Assembly: GCA_963823665.1 (NCBI GenBank)
Contig: CAWGMQ010000005.1
Coordinates: 1,728,001-1,792,000, forward strand
Direction of reading: 5' to 3'
Origin: an uncultured Planctomycetota bacterium
Lineage (GTDB): Bacteria; Planctomycetota; Planctomycetia; Isosphaerales; Isosphaeraceae
DNA: 64,000 nucleotides
Shown: positions 1-7,431 of the stretch, piece after piece
How positions within the stretch are numbered: position 1 is the first letter of the stretch
Layout: every line of letters starts with the position of its first letter
Translations under genes and position numbers: made by a program
The notes under the pieces: model-generated
What the model was told of the DNA's origin: nothing
Databases searched by the model: none
What the model saw: only the letters and a program-made list of their open reading frames with translations

Positions 1-2
1 AC

Positions 3-692
3 CGTTGCGCGAGGGATTTCTTGAGCACAAGCGTTCACGGATTCGAGTGTGAACAAGACCGCCGCGGGTGCCACACCCCGGAGTATCAGCCTACGGCCGA
101 GTAGCTTCCGGGCGCGGGCAAGCCGGCCCCGGATCGTCGTCTCGGAAAGGTTTAGCTGCGAAGCAGCCTGAGCGTGCGACTGTCCTTGCAGATAGCACAC
201 CACGACAGCACAACGGTAGGCGCTGGGCAGGCGGTTGATCTCTTCGTGCAGAATTCGATAGAGATCGCCCTCAAAGCCCTCGCGTGGCGCGTCATCGACT
301 GCAACTTCTCGCCCAGCTACAGACTCGCGCTCACGTGCTCGTTGCTTCGAAGCAACTTTTCTCGCCTTTCGAGCAATCCGGGTGGCAACGCCATAGAGCC
401 AGTTACCCAGGAGCTCGCGCGATCCGAGCGTTCGCGCTTTCCGCGCCAGAACGAGAAAGGTCGCTTGAAAGGCATCCTCCGCCGCGTGGAGGTCACGGAG
501 AACCGTCCGGCAAGTTCGCAGGACCATTGGCCCATGGCGATCGATAATGGCCTCAAACGCAAGTGCGGCGGATTCGTCGTTTCCTCCGATGAAAATCTCC
601 AGCAACTGCGGGTCACTCACCGAACCGTCGGCACCCAGCCGGAACAACCGGTCAAGATCCCGACCGACAGCGGTTCGGCTCGCTCTCATCAT
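3..692 (-). CDS. ECF RNA polymerase sigma-70 factor, planctomycete type with C-terminal extension (runs off window edge)
   Basis: Manual minus-strand translation (absent from the ORF track because it has no stop in the window): M(M)RASRTAVGRDLDRLFRLG..SDPQLLE..AFEAIIDRHGPMVLRTCR..AAEDAFQATFLVLARKA..WLYGVA..LHEEINRLP..YRCAVVVCYLQGQSH..TIRGRLARAR. Paralogous to the ECFs at 7432 and 15286. Confidence 0.9.
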   Translation of the reverse strand, partial: MMRASRTAVGRDLDRLFRLGADGSVSDPQLLEIFIGGNDESAALAFEAIIDRHGPMVLRTCRTVLRDLHAAEDAFQATFLVLARKARTLGSRELLGNWLYGVATRIARKARKVASKQRARERESVAGREVAVDDAPREGFEGDLYRILHEEINRLPSAYRCAVVVCYLQGQSHAQAASQLNLSETTIRGRLARARKLLGRRLILRGVAPAAVLFTLESVNACAQEIPRAT

Positions 693-724
693 CCGTCCGT
701 GACCTCAACAGGCCCGATGGCTCT

Positions 725-774
725 CTTCAGAATGTACTGCCCGCCCGTCGCAGCAGGCTCACGCAACTTCCGCG
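725..774 (-). promoter_or_regulatory. Candidate ECF-type (autoregulatory) promoter, copy 1
   Basis: Minus strand CGCGGAA-n4-CGTGAG-n19-AGTAC..TGAAGA; nearly the same arrangement precedes the ECF gene at 7432. Confidence 0.5.
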
Positions 775-941
775 TTTTTTTGCGAACGCGGAGCTCGGCG
801 ACAGTATAACCCGTGTCACTCCAGTGCCAACTGGCTCAACGCTGCGCGTGGGAATTGCAATCCCGGCCCTCACTTGCATCGACCCTCTTTTCTGCCATAC
901 TCTTCGTGGCACCGGCTAGAAAACGCTGTGGAACCTCTCCC

Positions 942-2906
942 ATGCCACCTGAGCTCCCTGACGACCCCGTCGAGCCTGCGCTCGCGGTCAAGAGCGATCG
1001 TTATCTCCCTGCCTGGCAGATCGGCGATCTTCCCGAGCCGCCGCGCCCGGGCTGGAAGCTCTGGATCGGCTTGATCGGCCCCGGAGTCGTCCTGGCCGGC
1101 ACCAGTATCGGCTCAGGCGAATGGCTCTTCGGGCCGGCGGTCACTGCCCAGTATGGCGCCGCCCTGCTTTGGCTGGCGCTCGTCAGCATCATCTTTCAGG
1201 GTTTCTGCAACCTCACTATGATGCGCTACACCGTGTATAGCGGCGAGCCCATCATCGTGGGCGGTCTGCGCACCTGGCCCGGACCCTGGGCCTGGATGAC
1301 CTGCTGGGCCATCTTCGATATCGCCTCGGTCTGGCCCTACAACGCCTCGAACGCCGCCGTGCCCCTGGCCGCAGTCATCCTCGGCCACTTGCCCCAGACC
1401 GACGGCGATCGGGCGCTCGTCAAAGGGCTCGGAATGACCGTCTTCTTGCTGGCATTCGTGCCCCTGATCTTCGGCGGAACGGTCTACCGCATGCTCGAGA
1501 AGATCATGACGGCCAAGCTAGTGCTGGTGCTCGGCTACCTGTCGCTGATTGGCGTCACCATGGTCTCCTGGCCGGTCGTGCGCGATGTCTGGACTGGCTT
1601 CTTTCGGGTTGGCACCGTGCCGCTGCGAGCACAAACTATCATCCTCGAACGAGACTTCACTATCGAGCAGGCGGGCGGAGGCACCATCTACCGCGCCCGG
1701 GGAACCTGGGAGAAAGACGGGAAACCCACGGGCGAGTTCTCCGTCACAACTGGACCGAAGACCACTCGATTCGACCTCCGAAAGAGTGATGGCCTGACAC
1801 CCGAGCTCAAGGAGATGCACGATCGCCTGCTCGAGCGCGTGCAGAAGCTCGCCGCGCCTCAGAGATTTTTCGTCGAGACCGAGGCAAACGGCACAACGCT
1901 CGTTGCCTCAGGCGAAGTTGCGAACCACCACATCTGGAAAGCGTCGCGTCTCTCGCTGCGCGATTCAACCGGCACGCATGACTTCAGCGACCTTTCGCGA
2001 GTACCCGAGCCACAAGCGGCGCGCTTTCGCAATCTGCTATCGCACGAAGGGGTCGAATATGTCGGCCTCGTGAATTACGCTCGCGAGAACGGCGGTCTCC
2101 CCAGCCTCGACTGGGCCATGGTGGTCGCATTCATCGGGATCGCGGGAGCGGGTGGGCTCTCCAATACGCTGTTTTCCAATTACACGCGCGATAAGGGTTG
2201 GGGCATGGGCGCGCTCGTCGGCGCGATTCCCAGCGCCATCGGCGGCCGAACGATCAGCTTGTCTCACCTCGGGTGCGCGTTCGTTCCCGAGGGCGCCAAC
2301 CTCACGCGATGGCACGGCTGGATGCGCCACATTCGACGCGATCAGTGGATCTTCATCGCCGCCTCGATCCTGGGCATGGCGCTGCCTTGCATGATGTCGC
2401 TGGAGTTCATCCGGAATGTCCCGGTGACCGGCGATCGCGTGGCAGCCATGACGGCCGAAGGCATTGCCGTTCGTTATCCGAGCTTGGGAGCCCTTTTCTG
2501 GTTCACCACGCTTGCGTGCGGATTCCTGGTCCTGGCCCCAGGTCAGGTCAGTGTGTGCGACCAGATTGCCCGCCGCTGGACCGACATGATCTGGACGGCC
2601 GGCGCGGGGGTGCATCGTCTCAGCCGCGGCGAGGTGCGATTCATCTATTACGGAATCCTCGCGTTCTATGCGGTGCTCGGCATGGTGATCCTCTGGTTCC
2701 TGAGACCGATTGCCATCGCGGAGATTGGCGTGGTTCTCGGAAATCTTTCCCTGGGCTTCTCGACCTTGCAGGCCCTGCACGTTAACCGCAGTCTCTTGCC
2801 GCGCGAGCTCCGCCCCAGTTGGTTCCTGCAAGCCGGCACGCTCTGCTGCGGTATCTTCTTCCTCGCCGTCAGCATCGCCGTCATACTAACCTTCAAGCCG
2901 AAATAG
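942..2906 (+). CDS. Nramp/APC-superfamily membrane transporter with a large soluble insertion
   Basis: IGPGVVLAGTSIGSGEWLFGP N-terminal motif, many hydrophobic helices, DKGWGMG motif; likely start ATG 942 (MPPELPD) rather than 813. Confidence 0.75.
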   Translation: MPPELPDDPVEPALAVKSDRYLPAWQIGDLPEPPRPGWKLWIGLIGPGVVLAGTSIGSGEWLFGPAVTAQYGAALLWLALVSIIFQGFCNLTMMRYTVYSGEPIIVGGLRTWPGPWAWMTCWAIFDIASVWPYNASNAAVPLAAVILGHLPQTDGDRALVKGLGMTVFLLAFVPLIFGGTVYRMLEKIMTAKLVLVLGYLSLIGVTMVSWPVVRDVWTGFFRVGTVPLRAQTIILERDFTIEQAGGGTIYRARGTWEKDGKPTGEFSVTTGPKTTRFDLRKSDGLTPELKEMHDRLLERVQKLAAPQRFFVETEANGTTLVASGEVANHHIWKASRLSLRDSTGTHDFSDLSRVPEPQAARFRNLLSHEGVEYVGLVNYARENGGLPSLDWAMVVAFIGIAGAGGLSNTLFSNYTRDKGWGMGALVGAIPSAIGGRTISLSHLGCAFVPEGANLTRWHGWMRHIRRDQWIFIAASILGMALPCMMSLEFIRNVPVTGDRVAAMTAEGIAVRYPSLGALFWFTTLACGFLVLAPGQVSVCDQIARRWTDMIWTAGAGVHRLSRGEVRFIYYGILAFYAVLGMVILWFLRPIAIAEIGVVLGNLSLGFSTLQALHVNRSLLPRELRPSWFLQAGTLCCGIFFLAVSIAVILTFKPK

Positions 2907-2965
2907 TTTGTCCCTTGCCCGAAAGAAACCACCGGTCAATCCGCCTACCGAATGCGACCTGCATC

Positions 2966-4999
2966 ATGCTCACAGAATCACTCGCTGATCTAGAAAAACC
3001 CCAGCTTACATCCCTTTATCGATCGATGGTGCTCATCCGCCGCTGCGAAGAGCAGTTGGCCCGGTCGCATCAGCGCGGGCTCATTCACGGTGCGTGTCAC
3101 ACTTACGTCGGACAAGAAGCTGTAGCGGCCGGTGTGTGTGCGCATCTCCAGAAGGAAGACGTCGTCTTCAGTACCCACCGTGGTCACGGTCATGCTCTTG
3201 CGAAGGGGCTCGCGCCCCGGCGGTTGTTCGCGGAACTCTTCGGCCGAGCCACCGGCTGCTCTCAAGGTCGCGGCGGCAGCATGCATCTGTTCGCGCCCGA
3301 CGTCGGCATGATGGGCACCAGCGGCATCGTTGGCCCATGCATCCTTCAGGCAGCCGGCGCCGGATATAGCTTCATGCTGCTGAAGAGCGAACGTGTGGCC
3401 GTCGCGTTCTTCGGCGATGGAGCCGTGAACAACGGCGCGTTCCACGAGGGGCTGAACATGGCCGCCATCTGGAAGCTGCCCGTGCTTTTCGTCTGCGAAA
3501 ACAACCAGTACGCGACCGAGGTGCCGTTTGCATACGCGGCGGCCAATCCCAGCGTGGCGGGGCGAGGCGCGAGCTACGGAATGCCCGGAATTGACGTGGA
3601 CGGCAACGATGTGCTCGCCATCTACGAGGCGGCCGGCGAGGCCGTTGCCCGCGCGCGCAGCGGTCGTGGCCCAACTCTCCTCGAATGCCGAACTTACCGC
3701 ACCCGTGCTCACGCGGAGGGCATGGGTGACTACACCTACCGCACGCGCGAGGAAGTGGAAGGCTGGAAAACTCGTTGCCCGATCGCGTGCCTTCGCAGCT
3801 CGATTGTCGAAGCCCAGCTCGTGCCGGCGGCCGAACTTGAGGCCATCGAGGCGGAGATCGAATCGATCGTCCACGACGCACAAAAGTTCGCCGAGTCGAG
3901 CGCCTGGCCCGAGCGACAGTCGGCCGTTCGTTTCGTCTTTGATGAATACACCGCGGCCGATCCCAAGCAGGCTCCAGCAACCTCCACGCCGAAAAATGGC
4001 CCAGTTGGCTCGCCGGATACCCCTCGCCAGATCACCTACATGCAGGCCACCTTCGAGGCGCTCGCCGAGGAAATGGCGATCAATCCGGCGATTTTTGTCA
4101 TGGGTGAAGGCGTCGGCAAGCGCGGCGGCAATTTCATGACTACCACCGGGCTCTATGACCTCTACGGCCCGGCGCGGCTCCGCGACACACCGATCTGCGA
4201 ACGAGGCTTCGTCGGGCTCGGCTGCGGCGCCGCCATGACCGGCACCCGCCCGGTCGTTGACTTCATGTTCGCCGACTTCATTCTGGACTCGGTCGGTGAG
4301 ATCATCAATCAGATCGCCAAGATCTGCTACATGAGCAATGGCCGGCTCACCGTTCCATTTCTGCTCCGCGGCTGCATCGGCATCGGCCATTCCGCCGCCA
4401 CACACCATTCCGGCAATTACTACCCGATGTATGCGCATTTCCCCGGACTCCGCGTCGTGGTCCCTTCCACGCCCTATGACGCCAAGGGCCTCATGAAAAG
4501 GGCACTCCGGTGCAACGACCCCGTGATCTACCTGGAACACAGGGAGCTGCTGAACTTGAAAGGCCCGGTTCCAACCGGCGACTACGAGATTGACTTCGGC
4601 CGCGCCGCCGTGGTGCGCGAAGGCCGCGATGTCACGGTGGTCTCCCTGGCGCTCATGGTCCACCAGACGCAGAAGGCATGCGAACGGCTCGCCGGCGAAG
4701 GCATCTCGGTCGAGCTGATCGACCCGAGGACGGTCGCGCCTCTCGACCTCGACACGATCCGTCAATCGGTCGCGAAGACCGGCCGATTGCTGATTGTTGA
4801 CGAGGCGTTCGCGCCCTTCGGCCTGGGAGCCGAGATCGCCGCGAGCCTCGCTGACGCGGGATTTGACGATCTGGATGCCCCCATTCGCCGGGTCAACGGG
4901 GCCTACGCCCCGACTCCATACAGCCCGCCGCTTGAAGCGGCCGTGGTGCCCAACCCCGATACCATCGCCCAGGCCATTCGCGACCTGATGGCGGAATAG
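2966..4999 (+). CDS. Fused E1 alpha/beta subunit of a pyruvate/acetoin/2-oxoacid dehydrogenase-like complex (ThDP-dependent)
   Basis: HTYVGQEA, STHRGHGH and GDGA..ENNQYA ThDP motif in the alpha part; DTPICERGF, VELIDPRT and transketolase-like C-terminus in the beta part; start ATG 2966. Confidence 0.92.
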   Translation: MLTESLADLEKPQLTSLYRSMVLIRRCEEQLARSHQRGLIHGACHTYVGQEAVAAGVCAHLQKEDVVFSTHRGHGHALAKGLAPRRLFAELFGRATGCSQGRGGSMHLFAPDVGMMGTSGIVGPCILQAAGAGYSFMLLKSERVAVAFFGDGAVNNGAFHEGLNMAAIWKLPVLFVCENNQYATEVPFAYAAANPSVAGRGASYGMPGIDVDGNDVLAIYEAAGEAVARARSGRGPTLLECRTYRTRAHAEGMGDYTYRTREEVEGWKTRCPIACLRSSIVEAQLVPAAELEAIEAEIESIVHDAQKFAESSAWPERQSAVRFVFDEYTAADPKQAPATSTPKNGPVGSPDTPRQITYMQATFEALAEEMAINPAIFVMGEGVGKRGGNFMTTTGLYDLYGPARLRDTPICERGFVGLGCGAAMTGTRPVVDFMFADFILDSVGEIINQIAKICYMSNGRLTVPFLLRGCIGIGHSAATHHSGNYYPMYAHFPGLRVVVPSTPYDAKGLMKRALRCNDPVIYLEHRELLNLKGPVPTGDYEIDFGRAAVVREGRDVTVVSLALMVHQTQKACERLAGEGISVELIDPRTVAPLDLDTIRQSVAKTGRLLIVDEAFAPFGLGAEIAASLADAGFDDLDAPIRRVNGAYAPTPYSPPLEAAVVPNPDTIAQAIRDLMAE

Positions 5000-5013
5000 G
5001 CAAAATTGATCTC

Positions 5014-6231
5014 ATGGCAAGCGAAGTCACGATTCCGCGGCTTGGATGGAACATGGACGAAGGCATCTTCGTCGGCTGGCTCAAGGCCGACGGAGAGCCG
5101 ATCAAAGCCGGCGAGCCTCTTTTCAACCTCGAGGGTGACAAGGCAACTCAAGAAATCGAGAGCCTCGAAGCCGGTATTCTGCGCATTCCGCCGGACGGCC
5201 CTAAAGACGGCGAAAAAGTTGCGGTGGGCATCGTCATCGGCTACCTGCTCGCACCGGGCGAGCCGGCGCCGTTTGAGTCAAAGAGCGCGGCCGAACCGCC
5301 CAAGGTAGCGTCACAGTCAATCGTGAACGAAAGACCGAAGCAATACGTCTCTCCGCGCGCCCGGCGCACGGCCCGCGACCTGGGGGTCGATCCGACCACG
5401 GTCACAGGAAGTGGAAAGACCGGCCGTATCGTCGAGCGCGATATTCGTGCCGCCGCCGGGCGACAGCCAGCACGACCGACGCTGGTGGCGAACGCGCAGG
5501 AGCACAAGCCGGACCTCCCCCGCGAAGGCGCGTCACCCGAGTATCGTGAGCTTGCGGTCAGCTCGATTCGTAAAACGATCGCCCAGCGAATGGTGGAGAG
5601 CAAGCAGACGACGGCTGCCGTGACCATCACCACGACCGTTGATGCCACCAATCTGGTCAACCTCCGCCGCCAGTTCAAAGCTGTGGTCGAGGCCGGTGAG
5701 GCACCTGCGATCGGTTACACGGAGCTTATCGTCAAGTTGACGGCGCTGGCGCTCGAGAAGCACCCGATGCTGAATTCTCGCTGGGCTGGCGATCAAATCC
5801 AGGTTTGGCGCGGTGTGCACATTGGCATCGCCGTCGACACTGACTCCGGCTTGAAGGTGCCGGTAATCCGGGACGTTCCCCATCTCTCCCTCCGTGAGCT
5901 CGCCGCCCGCGCTCGTTCTCTCGCCGAGCGTGCCCGCAGTGGAACCCTTACTGCGGCCGAACTGTCGGGAAGCACGTTTACCGTCAGCAACCTGGGACAG
6001 TTGGGAGTCGAGATCTTCACTCCTTTGATCAACCCACCCGAATGCGCGATACTGGGCCTGGGTCGCATCCAGAGCGTGGTCGTGGTCGAGAACAAGCAGT
6101 TCGTGGAGCGCGATCGCATGTTCCTGAGCCTCACGTTCGACCACCGGATCGTCGATGGGGCCCCGGCCGCGCGGTTTCTGCAAGCGCTTGGTAGATTGAT
6201 CGAAAACCCCAGCCCCTGGCTGTTACCTTGA
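5014..6231 (+). CDS. Dihydrolipoamide acyltransferase (E2)
   Basis: Lipoyl domain (EGDKATQE), peripheral subunit-binding domain (SPRARR..GSGKTGRI..DI), catalytic DHRIVDG motif. Confidence 0.93.
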   Translation: MASEVTIPRLGWNMDEGIFVGWLKADGEPIKAGEPLFNLEGDKATQEIESLEAGILRIPPDGPKDGEKVAVGIVIGYLLAPGEPAPFESKSAAEPPKVASQSIVNERPKQYVSPRARRTARDLGVDPTTVTGSGKTGRIVERDIRAAAGRQPARPTLVANAQEHKPDLPREGASPEYRELAVSSIRKTIAQRMVESKQTTAAVTITTTVDATNLVNLRRQFKAVVEAGEAPAIGYTELIVKLTALALEKHPMLNSRWAGDQIQVWRGVHIGIAVDTDSGLKVPVIRDVPHLSLRELAARARSLAERARSGTLTAAELSGSTFTVSNLGQLGVEIFTPLINPPECAILGLGRIQSVVVVENKQFVERDRMFLSLTFDHRIVDGAPAARFLQALGRLIENPSPWLLP

Positions 6232-6254
6232 TGGATTGGGTGGGAGACGACGAG

Positions 6255-7037
6255 ATGCGCTGCGAATTATCGGGAAAAGTGAGCCTGGTCACAGGCGCCG
6301 CTCGCGGTATCGGCCAGGCCATCGCCGACCGCCTGGCCGCAAACGGTAGCACGGTCATCTACACCGACGTCGATGAGCCAGGTGCCCGCGCCGCGGCCGC
6401 GCGGACCTCGGGCGCGAGCGCATTTCAGCTCGATGTGACCAGGCCGCTCGAAATTCAGTCGGTTATCGACCAGGTCGTCTCCGAGCACGGCCACCTCGAC
6501 GTCCTCGTGAACAACGCGGGTGTCAACACGCTGGTCCACCGTGTCACGCTCGACGAGTTCCCGCGCGACGAGTGGGACCGAATCCTCGCGGTCGACTTGA
6601 CCGGTCTCTATGAAATGAGCAAAGCAGCGGCTCGCACAATGCGCGCCCGGGGCTCGGGGCGGATCATCAATATTGCCTCCATCGCGGGTCTGGTGCCTTT
6701 GCGGCTTCAATGCCCATTCGTGGCAGCGAAGGCCGGCGTCGTCAATCTCACCAAAGCCATGGCGCTTGAGCTGGCACCCTACGGCATCCTGGTGAACGGC
6801 ATCGCGCCCGGCTCGATCCTGACCGACGGCACGCGGCGCCTTTTCTACGCACCCGACGGTTCGTTCCACGCCCACGCCCAGCGCATGCTCGACCACGTTC
6901 CGCTGGGGCGGCCCGGACTTCCCGAAGAGATCGCCGTCGCCGCACTCTTCCTGGCAGATCCGGAAAACAGCTACACAAACGGTCACATCCTCACCGTCGA
7001 TGGCGGCTGGACCGCCGGCTATACCCGCGATTTTTGA
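6255..7037 (+). CDS. SDR-family NAD(P)-dependent oxidoreductase (FxxxK instead of YxxxK)
   Basis: TGAARGIG, NNAG, IINIAS, PFVAAK, VNGIAPG, VDGG motifs; start ATG 6255 (alternative 6228 overlaps the E2 stop). Confidence 0.9.
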   Translation: MRCELSGKVSLVTGAARGIGQAIADRLAANGSTVIYTDVDEPGARAAAARTSGASAFQLDVTRPLEIQSVIDQVVSEHGHLDVLVNNAGVNTLVHRVTLDEFPRDEWDRILAVDLTGLYEMSKAAARTMRARGSGRIINIASIAGLVPLRLQCPFVAAKAGVVNLTKAMALELAPYGILVNGIAPGSILTDGTRRLFYAPDGSFHAHAQRMLDHVPLGRPGLPEEIAVAALFLADPENSYTNGHILTVDGGWTAGYTRDF

Positions 7038-7056
7038 TCACCGAAACGAGGTTCCG

Positions 7057-7287
7057 ATGGCGACCGATGAAGAACTCAAACGAGCGCTGAAAGCATTCAA
7101 GAAGCGTTTCAAATTGATGAAGCTCGATGAGGAATCCGGCCTGAGCCGAGGGGGCGGAAAAAAATCGGGCATGACCGGAATCACGCCGCCGTCAGGTCAT
7201 CCCCCCGGAATCTGGGACGAGCTCGTCGCCAAGGGGAAGCTCAAACGCGACATGGGAAACACGTATGCGCTGGTCGAAGGTGCATAA
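7057..7287 (+). CDS. Small basic hypothetical protein (76 aa)
   Basis: GAGG RBS before ATG 7057; MATDEELKRALKAFKKRFKLMKLDEES..; protein-like composition; fills the gap after the SDR. Confidence 0.7.
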   Translation: MATDEELKRALKAFKKRFKLMKLDEESGLSRGGGKKSGMTGITPPSGHPPGIWDELVAKGKLKRDMGNTYALVEGA

Positions 7288-7355
7288 CCAATCGCCACAC
7301 GTGATGCGAACCCGAACTTGCGCGGGCGCGATGCTTGACCCAATTCGTTCGATCT

Positions 7356-7405
7356 CGCGGAATCTTCGTGAGGATTTCCGATGAGTGGGTACTACTCTCC
7401 GGAGA
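7356..7405 (+). promoter_or_regulatory. Candidate ECF-type (autoregulatory) promoter, copy 2
   Basis: CGCGGAA-n4-CGTGAG(7367-7372)-n18-ACTAC(7391-7395), shortly upstream of the GAGGAG RBS and ATG 7432. Confidence 0.5.
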
Positions 7406-7431
7406 TTCAAAACCGAGGAGCGCTGAGACCC

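Noticed and set aside
174..809. 211-aa plus-strand ORF and other long antisense ORFs (e.g. 2990-4765, 9163-11088, 29066-30064)
   Set aside because: Shadow frames of recognisable opposite-strand genes, common in high-GC DNA.
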